Source: an uncultured Acidobacteriota bacterium (GTDB taxonomy: Bacteria; Acidobacteriota; Thermoanaerobaculia; UBA5066; Gp7-AA6). From it: a DNA stretch of 64,000 nucleotides. The stretch lies in contig CAWFHK010000001.1 of assembly GCA_963815655.1 (NCBI GenBank), positions 1,997,813 through 2,061,812 of the forward strand, in the 5' to 3' direction. Each line of letters opens with the position of its first letter. The stretch's first letter is position 1. The translations under genes were made by a program, and so were the position numbers. The notes under the pieces were generated by a model, which saw nothing but the letters and a program-made list of their open reading frames with translations, made no database searches and was not told where the DNA came from. Below are positions 9,860-18,026 of this stretch, piece after piece.

Positions 9860-11010
9860 TCCGATCTCTCTTCGGCGCGCCGCGTCTCTTCGATCACCGC
9901 GCGGAAGACCCTCGCGATTCCGCCGGGACCGAACCGGCCCGCGGCGAGCTTCGCCACGTTTCGGAGCACGGCATCCTCGCGCTCGGGCGCGTGGATCGAG
10001 AGCCCCCGCTCTCTCTTGGCCCGCCCGATCGCAGCCGCCACCTTCGCCCGCTCGTTGAGAAGACGGACGAGAGCCTCGTCCAGGACATCGATCCGCCCGC
10101 GAAGCCCATGAAGAAAGGCCTTCGCGCGCGGGCCGGTCTCGGGAGGTGGGCAGGCCAGCGTCCGGCCCTCCAGCGGCGCGCAACGCCCGAGCTCGCGCAT
10201 CAGGGCCGAGAAGCCCTCCGGCGTCAGGGATTGTTCTCCGTCGGAGAGGGAGCCCGCGGGATCCGGATGGACTTCCAGGATCAGGCCGTCCGCGCCGGCG
10301 GCGACGGACGCCTTCGACAACGGGCGCACGAGGTGGCGCCGGCCGGTGCCGTGGCTCGGATCGACGATGACCGGCAGGTGCGTGGCCGCCTTCAGCCAGG
10401 CGACCGCGTTCAGGTCGAGAGTGTTGCGCGTGGCCGTCTCGAAGGTCCGGATGCCGCGCTCGCAGAGCACGACGTCCGGGTTGCCGTGACAGACGACGTA
10501 CTCCGCCGCGAGCAGAAACTCTTCGACGGTCGCGGAGAGGCCGCGCTTCAGGAGCACCGGGCGGCCCGCCGCACCGAGCGCCTTGAGCAGCGCGAAGTTC
10601 TGCATGTTGCGCGCGCCGACCTGGAGCATGTCCGCGTGGCGCCCGACCAGCGGCACGTCTTCGGCGCTCAGGACCTCGGTCACGACCGGCAGGCCGCTCT
10701 CGCGGCCGGCGTCGGCGAGAAGGCGGAGCCCTTCCTCGCCCAGCCCCTGGAACGAGTACGGGGACGTTCGCGGCTTGAATGCTCCTCCTCTCAGGAGCCT
10801 CGCCCCCGAAAGCGCGACGGCGCGGGCGGCGGCCCGCATCTGCGGCGCCGTTTCGACCGCGCACGGCCCGGCCGCGACGACGAACTCCTCCGCGCCGATC
10901 TCCACGGCTCCGACACGGACGCGCGTCGTCTCCGAGCGGCCGTTTCGCGCCACGAGAGGGTAGGGGGCCGCCGACCGCGGCGCTGTCTCAATCTTGTTTG
11001 CTCCCGACAC
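9856..11010 (-). CDS. aroG: Bifunctional 3-deoxy-7-phosphoheptulonate synthase (KDO8PS-like, type I-beta) with a C-terminal chorismate mutase domain
   Basis: DAHPS core ([26 protein letters not shown]) followed by an AroQ-type CM helix ([26 protein letters not shown]); GTG start with GGAGG 6 nt upstream. Confidence 0.8.
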   Translation of the reverse strand: MSGANKIETAPRSAAPYPLVARNGRSETTRVRVGAVEIGAEEFVVAAGPCAVETAPQMRAAARAVALSGARLLRGGAFKPRTSPYSFQGLGEEGLRLLADAGRESGLPVVTEVLSAEDVPLVGRHADMLQVGARNMQNFALLKALGAAGRPVLLKRGLSATVEEFLLAAEYVVCHGNPDVVLCERGIRTFETATRNTLDLNAVAWLKAATHLPVIVDPSHGTGRRHLVRPLSKASVAAGADGLILEVHPDPAGSLSDGEQSLTPEGFSALMRELGRCAPLEGRTLACPPPETGPRAKAFLHGLRGRIDVLDEALVRLLNERAKVAAAIGRAKRERGLSIHAPEREDAVLRNVAKLAAGRFGPGGIARVFRAVIEETRRAEERSE

Positions 11011-11037
11011 GGTTGCCTCCGTCCTGGCGACCGGGGG

Positions 11038-11078
11038 AGAAAGAAAAGGCCCGCTCCCTCGGTCGGAGAGAGCGGGCC
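11038..11078 (-). terminator. Intrinsic terminator of the MFS gene (GGCCCGCUC-loop-GAGCGGGCC + UUUUCUUUCU)
   Basis: 9-bp GC stem followed by a U-tract on the minus-strand transcript, immediately 3' of the MFS stop. Confidence 0.6.
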
Positions 11079-11200
11079 TTCGAGTCCTTCTGTTCGGGAC
11101 GGCTCTAGCCCGCTCCCCCGCGCGGGTAATAAAAGGTGCGGCTAAAGCTCGTCGGGGTCGTCATGCCGGGCGGATTCTAGCACGGGCTCCGCCAGCAACG

Positions 11201-12502
11201 TCAGAGGGAGGTCACGCCGGACCGGCTGTGGCGCAGGAGGACGACGGTGCCGACGGTGACGAGGACGAGGCCGTCGAGGACGAGAACGCGCGGAGCGGTC
11301 AAGGACGGCGCGAGCGAACCCGCCACAAGATTGCCGAGGGGCATGGCTCCACGGAAGGCGAGCGAGTAGACCGACACGATACGCCCGCGCAGGCGGTCTT
11401 CGACGTTGGACTGCACGAGCGTCATGAACATCGCGAAGACGACCATGAGCGCCCCTCCCGCCGCGAATAGCACCACGGAGGAGAGGACGAGGTCGCGGGA
11501 GAGGGCGAAGGCGACCATGAGCCCGCCGAACGTCATCTGCATCGCGACCGCCACGATCCCCTTGCGCCGCACGTGCCCGAACCCGGCGATCGCGATCGCG
11601 CCGAACACGGCGCCGATGCCGAAGGCGGCGAGGAGGCCACTGTACCCCTTGGCGTCCTTGTGGAAGACCTCGCGGGCGAAGACGGGCAGGAACGTCACGA
11701 GCGGCATCGCGCAGAAGCTCCCGATGAAGGCGAGCACGATGAGCCCCCGCAGCGGCTTCGCGTCCCGGGCGGCGCGAAGCCCCACCTTCAGGCTCTCCAT
11801 CACGCGCTCCCGCTTCTCCGTGCCCTTCTCGAGCGCCCCGCGCTTGAGCGCGAGGAGGGCCGCGATGACGGCGAGAAAGGAGAGCCCGTTCAAGCCGAAG
11901 CAGGCCGCGGCGCCCAGCTTGTAGAACGCGATGCCGGCGAGCACCGGACCGATGACGCGGGCGAGGTTGAACTGGATCGAGTTCAACGCGACCGCGTTTC
12001 CCAGGTCCTTCTGATCGACGAGAGTCGGAACGAGCGCCTGGTAGGCCGGACCGCCGAAAGACTGCGCGAGCCCCACGACGAAGGAGAGGATCAGGATGGT
12101 CCAGACGTGGATCGCGTGGCCCCAGATCAGGCCCGCCAGCAGGAACGCCGAGGAGAGCTGCACGATCTGCGACGAGAGCAGGATTCGCCGCCGGTCCACC
12201 CGGTCGGCGAGCACCCCGCCGAAGAGAGAGAAAGCGAGGAAAGGGGCGTCGCCCAGGAACGCGTCGAGCCCCAAAAGGAACGCCGATCCCGTCATGGTCA
12301 GGATCAGCCAGTTCTGCGCGACCTCCTGCATCCACGTCCCGACGCTCGAGGTGAACGCCCCGGCCCAGAGCAGGCGGTAGTCGCGATAGGTGAAGGCACG
12401 GAACGTCCGGAGCAAGGGGGACGTCCGCGTCGTCGAACTCGTCGGGATCGGCGCGGCGCCGGGAGGGCCTTCGGGCCCGTGATCGGCTTCGGGCCGGCTC
12501 AC
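11201..12502 (-). CDS. MFS transporter (EntS/MFS_1-like)
   Basis: Twelve-TM MFS profile (YRDYRLLWAGAFTSSVG..., GRIVSVYSLAFRG). GTG start at 12502 overlaps the pcm stop (GTGA), supporting translational coupling; the N-terminal 80 aa of the track ORF are artefactual. Confidence 0.7.
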   Translation of the reverse strand: MSRPEADHGPEGPPGAAPIPTSSTTRTSPLLRTFRAFTYRDYRLLWAGAFTSSVGTWMQEVAQNWLILTMTGSAFLLGLDAFLGDAPFLAFSLFGGVLADRVDRRRILLSSQIVQLSSAFLLAGLIWGHAIHVWTILILSFVVGLAQSFGGPAYQALVPTLVDQKDLGNAVALNSIQFNLARVIGPVLAGIAFYKLGAAACFGLNGLSFLAVIAALLALKRGALEKGTEKRERVMESLKVGLRAARDAKPLRGLIVLAFIGSFCAMPLVTFLPVFAREVFHKDAKGYSGLLAAFGIGAVFGAIAIAGFGHVRRKGIVAVAMQMTFGGLMVAFALSRDLVLSSVVLFAAGGALMVVFAMFMTLVQSNVEDRLRGRIVSVYSLAFRGAMPLGNLVAGSLAPSLTAPRVLVLDGLVLVTVGTVVLLRHSRSGVTSL

Positions 12503-13257
12503 TCCGGGGCGGGCGGAGTCTTCTCGATCTCCCCGGTCATCGGCACGAAGCGCACCGGCAGGATGTCCTTCTCGCTGATCTTGCCGTTCTTGTCCTTGGA
12601 CAGGACCTTGAGCTCCTGGAAGAAGCTGCCGACGGGGATCACCAGGCGCCCGCCGGACGCGAGCTGACCCAGCAGCGGCGAAGGGATGCGGTCGGGCGCG
12701 GCCGTCACGATGATGGCGTCGAAGGGAGCATGCTCCTCCCACCCGCGGTAGCCGTCTCCTTCCCTGACGGTGACGTTGCCGTACCCGAGCCGCCGCAGCC
12801 GCTCTGCCGACGCGCGCGCCAGCTCCGGGACGATCTCGATCGAATAGACCTCCCCGGCCAGCCGCGAGAGAACGGCGCTCTGGTATCCGGAGCCGGTGCC
12901 GATCTCCAGGACCTTCTCCCCGGGCGTGATCTCCGCGAGCTCCGTCATCAGGGCGACGATGTAGGGCTGCGAGATCGTCTGGTTGCCGGCGATCGGCAGC
13001 GGGTGGTCCTCGTAGGCCTGCGCGCTCTGGGCGGGGTCCACGAACAGGTGCCGCGGCACCTCCCGCATCGCCGCGAGCACGCGCGGGTCGTGCACGCCGC
13101 GCGCGACGATCTGGGATTCCACCATCCGCGCGCGCCGCTCGGCTTGATCGTCCCGCGTCTTCGGAGTCACGTTGCGGACGGAGGCTTTCTGGTCGTTACA
13201 GGCAAATGCCAGCAGGGGCGCGAGAAGGAAGGATACCGCGACGCCCGCCCGATTCAA
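12499..13257 (-). CDS. pcm: Protein-L-isoaspartate O-methyltransferase with an N-terminal signal/lipoprotein-like peptide
   Basis: ISQPYIVALMTE, VLEIGTGSGYQSAVL and PFDAIIVTAA motifs; TTG start (MNRAGVAVSFLLAPLLAFAC) overlaps the stop of the upstream amidohydrolase (TTGA). Confidence 0.8.
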   Translation of the reverse strand: MNRAGVAVSFLLAPLLAFACNDQKASVRNVTPKTRDDQAERRARMVESQIVARGVHDPRVLAAMREVPRHLFVDPAQSAQAYEDHPLPIAGNQTISQPYIVALMTELAEITPGEKVLEIGTGSGYQSAVLSRLAGEVYSIEIVPELARASAERLRRLGYGNVTVREGDGYRGWEEHAPFDAIIVTAAPDRIPSPLLGQLASGGRLVIPVGSFFQELKVLSKDKNGKISEKDILPVRFVPMTGEIEKTPPAPE

Positions 13258-14936
13258 GGCGCCTTCCCCGCCGACAGGCCCTGGCCGTAGGCCATCTTGC
13301 CCCCGACGAGCGTCAGGATCACCGGAATGCGGGGAATGTCTCGGGGCGCGGCGGCCATCGGATCCCGCGCGAACACAGTCACGTCCGCCTCGAAGCCCGG
13401 CGCGATCCGCCCCCGCCGGTCCTCCTCGAAGGCCGCGTAGGCGGCATCCGACGTGAAGAGCGCGAGCGCCTCCTTCCGGTCGAGCCTCTCCTGCGGACGC
13501 CAGCCGCCCGGGGGCTTGCCGTCGAGGTCCTGGCGCGTCACCGCTGCGTAGAACCCGAGGAGAGGGTTCTCCGATTCCACCGGAAAGTCGCTGCCGCCGG
13601 CGAGCCTCGCGCCGGCGTTCTTGAGCTTCCGCCAGGCGTAGGCGCCCGCGATGCGCCGGGCTCCCACGCGCTCCTCTGCCCAGGGCATGTCCGAGGTGGC
13701 GTGGGTCGGCTGGATCGAAGCGATCACGCCTTCCCGGGCGAATCGCGGGATGTCGTCCAGGGCAAGGATCTGGGCGTGCTCGATCCGCTGGCGCCGCGCC
13801 CCGGGCGGCGCGTCGGGCTGCCCGGCCGCGGCCTTCGCGAACGCGTCCAGCGCCACGCGGTTGCCGCGGTCCCCGATGGCGTGGATCCAGAGCTGCCAGC
13901 CGCTGCGCCGTGCCTCCCGGGCGAGCTCCTCGACCCGCTCCGGAGAGGTCACGAGGAGTCCCCGATTGCCAGGATCGTCCGAGTAGTCCGAGAGCATCGC
14001 GGCGCCGCGGCTGCCGAGCGCGCCATCGGCCAGGACCTTGATCGCGCGCACAGTCAGGAAATCGCTCCCCCGGCCGACGCGCTGCCCGCGCGCGAAGAAT
14101 CCGGGCAGGTCTCTCGCCTCGTTCGAGACGGTCGCGTACACGCGGATGGGAAGCAGCCCCGCGTCGGCGAGCCTGGCGAGCGCCGCGATTTCCTCCGGCC
14201 CGTAATGGGAGGCGTCCTGCACCTGCGTCAGCCCGACCTTCGCGCAGGCTTTCGTCGCCGCCAGGACGCGCCGCTCGAAATCCGCGGGCGAGGCGGGGGG
14301 CATGACCTTCTGGACGAGGTCCACGGCGCGGTCCACGAGAACGCCGGAGGGAGACCCGTCGGGCCGCCGCACGATCTTCCCGCCATCGGGGTCGCTCGTC
14401 GCGGCGTCGATCGAGGCGGCCTTGAGCGCCGCCGAGTTGACCCAGACGGCGTGTCCGTCCACTCGGCGGGCGACCGCGGGACGCCCGGCGACAACGGCAT
14501 CCAGATCGCGGGCATCCGGGAACTTCTCCCCGGGCCAGCGGTTCTGGTCCCAGCCCCTCCCCTGCGCCCACGTGCCCTCGGGCAGGGCGGCGGCGATCGC
14601 GCCGATCCGTCTGGCCGCTTGCGAGGCGTCGGCCGCGCCGCGCAGGTCCGCGACCTCGAGAGCCAGCCCGAGGCCCGCCAGATGCCCGTGCGCGTCGGCC
14701 CATCCGGGGAAAACGAAGCTTCCGGCCAGGTCCACGCGGGCGGCGCCGGGCGCCATCCGCCGGGCGCGGGACCCTCTGCCCACGAAGGCGATCTTCCCGT
14801 CCCGGACCAGGATGTCTCTCCTGCGCGGCCGGTCCTCGGCGAAACGGTAGACCATCGCCCCCTCGAGGATCAGCCCCGCGTCGGCCGGCTTCGGGGGACT
14901 CATCATCGCCAGGATCAGAAGCGCCCAGGCGGACAT
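13254..14936 (-). CDS. Exported metal-dependent amidohydrolase (Amidohydro_3/YtcJ-like)
   Basis: Signal peptide MSAWALLILAMMSPPKPADA; AHGH metal-binding motif; 560 aa. Confidence 0.75.
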   Translation of the reverse strand: MSAWALLILAMMSPPKPADAGLILEGAMVYRFAEDRPRRRDILVRDGKIAFVGRGSRARRMAPGAARVDLAGSFVFPGWADAHGHLAGLGLALEVADLRGAADASQAARRIGAIAAALPEGTWAQGRGWDQNRWPGEKFPDARDLDAVVAGRPAVARRVDGHAVWVNSAALKAASIDAATSDPDGGKIVRRPDGSPSGVLVDRAVDLVQKVMPPASPADFERRVLAATKACAKVGLTQVQDASHYGPEEIAALARLADAGLLPIRVYATVSNEARDLPGFFARGQRVGRGSDFLTVRAIKVLADGALGSRGAAMLSDYSDDPGNRGLLVTSPERVEELAREARRSGWQLWIHAIGDRGNRVALDAFAKAAAGQPDAPPGARRQRIEHAQILALDDIPRFAREGVIASIQPTHATSDMPWAEERVGARRIAGAYAWRKLKNAGARLAGGSDFPVESENPLLGFYAAVTRQDLDGKPPGGWRPQERLDRKEALALFTSDAAYAAFEEDRRGRIAPGFEADVTVFARDPMAAAPRDIPRIPVILTLVGGKMAYGQGLSAGKAP

Positions 14937-15001
14937 TCGGCAATCTTAGCCGAAGCCTCGTGCGGGAATCCGAAACCGGAAATCGGGGATCTCCGCGGCC
15001 C

Positions 15002-16663
15002 CTACCGGCCGGCGCTCTCCCCGCGGCGCACGAGGAGGAGAGTCTGATCGTCGTATTGCGGCATGTCGGCCGCGAAATCGGCCACCTCCGCGAACACCCG
15101 ATCGCACAGCTCTTTCAAGGGAAGCCCCCGCCCCTTTCCGATGAGGGTCGAGAGGCGGCCCAGGCCGAACTCCTCCTCGGCCGCGTCGACCGCCTCCGTC
15201 AGGCCGTCCGTGTACACGCAGAGCAGGTCTCCGGGCTCGAGCGTGACCGACACCTCCCTCCAGGAGGCGTCGGGGAACATCCCGACGGGCACTCCCGTGG
15301 AATTCAGATGCTCCATTTCTCCCGAGCCGCGCAGGAGGAGCGCCGGGTTGTGCCCCGCCGAGACGTAGGTCAAGAGGCCGCTGTCGGGCTCGAAGAGGCC
15401 GAAGAAGAGAGTCAGGAACTTGCGCGTCGCGGCGTAGCGCTGCAGGTGGCGGTCGATCCGGCTGACGAGATCCACGACGGTCTTCGCTTCGTCGATCTGC
15501 AGGTGCACGGCCGCGTGCACGGTCGACACGAGCAGCGCCGCCGGCACTCCCTTGCCGGAGACGTCCGCCACGAGAAATCCGAGGCGCCCCCGGGAGAGCG
15601 GGAAGAGATCGTAGTAGTCCCCCCCCACGTGCCGCGTCGGAAGGTTCGCCGCCGCGAGCTCGACGCCCGCGACCTCCGGCAGCGAGTGCGGAAGGATCTC
15701 CCGCTGGATCGCCGCCGCGAGCTCCATCTCCCGCTCGATCCTCTCGCTCTCGATCGCCGCGCGGTGGAGGCGCGCCGTCTCGATCGCCGCCGCCGCCTGG
15801 TTGGCGAAGAGCGAGAGGATCCGAGCATCGGAGGGGGTGAAGTCCAGGACGCCTCCGTCGCGGGATTCCTTGTCCGCCACGGCCAGCACGCCGATCCGCC
15901 GCCCCGAGACCGAGATCGGGACCACCAGGCACTTCTGGCAGGACATCAGGCGCACACCGGCGGTTGGAACGGTCGCGGCCGCGTTGTTGATCACGGCCCC
16001 GCCTTCGGGCAGGTTCCACGAGGCGAAGTCCTGCGGGGGAAGAAACTGTCCGCCGAGGTTCCGCTCGAGCAGGAGCCGTCCATCCTCGTGAAAGAGGACG
16101 AGGGTCCCCTTGCCCGCGTCGGTCAGCGAAATGGAGCGGAAGAGAACTTCGTCTCCGAGCGCCGCGATGTCCAGCTGCCCCGACAGCGAGAGCCCCAGGT
16201 CGTAGAGGGATTCGAGCTCCACCAGCCGCGTGCGGACCTCGAAATCCGCTTCCTTCACGAGGCGCGAAAGACGGTGGGCGCCGAGCAGCCCGCCCAGAAC
16301 GAATCCGAGAAAAGCGCCGAGCTCGGCGGAGTCTTCGGGCTCGACTCCGTCCAAACCGAGATGCCCGTGGACCTCCCCCTCGGCCGCGAGCGGGACCCAG
16401 AAGGTCCCGTCGCGATGCATCGGGACGGCGGGGGACGGATCGGGCAGGAGGAGGCCTCGCGACTCGGAGACTCCCGCCATGGCCGCGCGGACCCACGCGT
16501 CTTTTTCCCGCAGATAGAGGGCGCCGCCCCGCGCGCCGCTCCAGGAGACGGCGGCCTGCGCGAGGCGGGCCGGCAACGGGCGGTCGGAATTCCGAAGCGG
16601 TTCCTCGATCGTCTTCCAGAGCGGCCCGAAGCGCGAAGCGGAAACGGGCGGGGCGTCCGTCAC
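15002..16663 (-). CDS. GAF-domain PP2C-type serine phosphatase (SpoIIE/RsbU-RsbP family)
   Basis: Tandem GAF region followed by the PP2C motifs GGDYYD, VADVSGKG and YTDGLTEA. Confidence 0.85.
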   Translation of the reverse strand: MTDAPPVSASRFGPLWKTIEEPLRNSDRPLPARLAQAAVSWSGARGGALYLREKDAWVRAAMAGVSESRGLLLPDPSPAVPMHRDGTFWVPLAAEGEVHGHLGLDGVEPEDSAELGAFLGFVLGGLLGAHRLSRLVKEADFEVRTRLVELESLYDLGLSLSGQLDIAALGDEVLFRSISLTDAGKGTLVLFHEDGRLLLERNLGGQFLPPQDFASWNLPEGGAVINNAAATVPTAGVRLMSCQKCLVVPISVSGRRIGVLAVADKESRDGGVLDFTPSDARILSLFANQAAAAIETARLHRAAIESERIEREMELAAAIQREILPHSLPEVAGVELAAANLPTRHVGGDYYDLFPLSRGRLGFLVADVSGKGVPAALLVSTVHAAVHLQIDEAKTVVDLVSRIDRHLQRYAATRKFLTLFFGLFEPDSGLLTYVSAGHNPALLLRGSGEMEHLNSTGVPVGMFPDASWREVSVTLEPGDLLCVYTDGLTEAVDAAEEEFGLGRLSTLIGKGRGLPLKELCDRVFAEVADFAADMPQYDDQTLLLVRRGESAGR

Positions 16664-16673
16664 GGAGCGTCCG

Positions 16674-17027
16674 TCACGGCGAAGAGACGGCCCGCACGGC
16701 CTCGGACTCGGTGGGATAGATCGCCGCGTACTGGGCCAGGCCCATGATCCGGAAGGTCTTGTCGATGGTCGGCGTCAGGCCGCAGAAGGCCAGCTTGCCT
16801 TTCCTGTCCATGACCTTCTCGAGCACCTCGATCAGGATGGAGATGCCGATCGAGTTGACGATGCGGGTCTTTTCCAGGTTCAGGACGAGAGCGCGGGCTC
16901 CCGACTCGAGATGGGTGTACGCCTGCCGCGCGATCTCCTCTCCCCCCTGGTTGTTGATGTACCCGTCGGTCGAGAGAATCGCGACGTCTCCGCGCCGCTC
17001 CGCGGCAACCCTGCAAACCTCGCTCAC
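16674..17027 (-). CDS. STAS-domain anti-sigma-factor antagonist (RsbV/SpoIIAA-like)
   Basis: 117 aa with the conserved Ser-containing segment DVAILSTDGYINNQGGEEI; GTG start with GAGGA 8 nt upstream, overlapping the upstream stop (GTGA). Confidence 0.8.
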   Translation of the reverse strand: MSEVCRVAAERRGDVAILSTDGYINNQGGEEIARQAYTHLESGARALVLNLEKTRIVNSIGISILIEVLEKVMDRKGKLAFCGLTPTIDKTFRIMGLAQYAAIYPTESEAVRAVSSP

Positions 17028-17464
17028 TTGTATTTCCTCATGAGGATTCGCGTCCCCCCTTCGCTCGACGAGATGGCCACGGAGTCCATCAGGCTGCGAA
17101 TGATCTGCAGCCCCCATCCCCTCTTCTGGCGCCCGGAGAAGGTCTTCTCCGCCGACGGCATCTCGATCGACGCCTGGTCAAAACCCTTTCCCTGGTCCAG
17201 GACTTCCACCTCCAGGAATTCGCGGTCGTTGTCTTCCCGGCCGACCCGAAACGTCAGATGGACGCGGTCGTCGCGCGCCTGCGCATGCTCGAACGCGTTG
17301 ATACAGGCCTCCACGAGAGCCAGCTTGACCTCGTCGATCTTATCGCGGGGCATCTCGATGAACTCGCCGACCGCGGCCGCCTGAGCGGTCGCGACGATCT
17401 CCATGTCCGGCGCCACCGGGATGGTCAACGAGATCTCGCGAGCACCCGTCGCGTCGAGGCTCAT
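17024..17464 (-). CDS. Anti-sigma regulatory factor Ser/Thr kinase (RsbW/SpoIIAB-like, HATPase_c)
   Basis: 146 aa; N-box EACINAFEHA, G-box VLDQGKGFD...GWGLQIIRSLMD. The track ORF's N-terminal 43 aa are an artefact; ATG with GGGAG upstream. Confidence 0.8.
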   Translation of the reverse strand: MSLDATGAREISLTIPVAPDMEIVATAQAAAVGEFIEMPRDKIDEVKLALVEACINAFEHAQARDDRVHLTFRVGREDNDREFLEVEVLDQGKGFDQASIEMPSAEKTFSGRQKRGWGLQIIRSLMDSVAISSSEGGTRILMRKYK

Positions 17465-17817
17465 TCGGGCCGACTCCCGCCGTGACATCAGATGCTTCCG
17501 CCGCCTCCGGTTCCGCGTTCGCCTGGGCTCGATCGCGGCCGAGAGGATAACCCGTCGCGACCGGGCCGGAGCATTGCGGTCGGGACGGCACACTTGGCGG
17601 GAGAGACGCGAGGGGAGGGCTCAGTCATGGGAACCGGCCTAAAACCGCAGGAAGATCTGCAGCGAGCGAACCAGGATCTCGGGCACCCGGTTGGAGGAGA
17701 AGAGAAGCGCGGCGGCGGCGATCTCGGCCAGGAGAAGCGGCCACGCAAGCGAGGGCGCCTGCGAGAGCTCGACGGCGAGGGCCTGCACTCTTTTCATGTT
17801 CGTTCGTGAGGAGCAAG

Positions 17818-17832
17818 CGCAAGTCCCCTGCC
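17818..17832 (-). promoter_or_regulatory. Candidate sigma-54 (-24/-12) promoter TGGCAG-N5-TTGC reading toward the rsbW-rsbV-PP2C operon
   Basis: Reverse complement of 17818-17832 is TGGCAGGGGACTTGC (consensus TGGCAC-N5-TTGC, one mismatch). It lies 100-170 bp downstream of an AT-rich palindrome-bearing island and next to a sigma-54 EBP gene. Confidence 0.4.
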
Positions 17833-17879
17833 AGAGGCGGGGGGTGCCGCAACCCGAAGATAACCCCTTGAGCCAAAGT

Positions 17880-18026
17880 GGCTTGCGGGGGAACGGCGAA
17901 GGAGTCAATCATCTCAGTATAGCGCCAATTGGATACATATACCATCCATGACAAGAAATATCCATATAAGTAAGCTACCTATATGGAGAATTTAGCGCCG
18001 AAACTGTGACTTTTAGATACTGAGAC
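17880..18026. other. AT-rich (~40% GC) island with palindromes (GGATACATATACCATCC; CCATATAAGTAAGCTACCTATATGG); candidate enhancer/UAS
   Basis: Sharp GC drop relative to the ~70% flanks, read directly from the sequence; inverted repeats CCATATA...TATATGG. Confidence 0.5.

Noticed and set aside
7400-10111. 903-aa plus ORF and the 745-aa minus ORF (7530..9767) spanning the GS-like/pheA/aroG region
   Set aside because: They overlap three well-supported homologous genes in other frames and have low-complexity Arg/Gly/Pro translations.
8990-10864. Single 624-aa ORF suggesting a much larger PheA
   Set aside because: Only the C-terminal 289 aa are prephenate dehydratase. The upstream part is the out-of-frame shadow of the DAHPS-CM gene, whose TGA overlaps the pheA ATG at 9856-9859.
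11011-11100. Leader-peptide attenuator upstream of the aroG-CM gene
   Set aside because: The hairpin plus U-tract is better explained as the intrinsic terminator of the upstream MFS gene; no Phe/Tyr/Trp-rich leader ORF is visible.
12499-14943. 814-aa ORF fusing pcm with the upstream region
   Set aside because: The N-terminal 560 aa are a wrong-frame shadow of the amidohydrolase gene. pcm starts at a TTG with a signal-like peptide at 13257.
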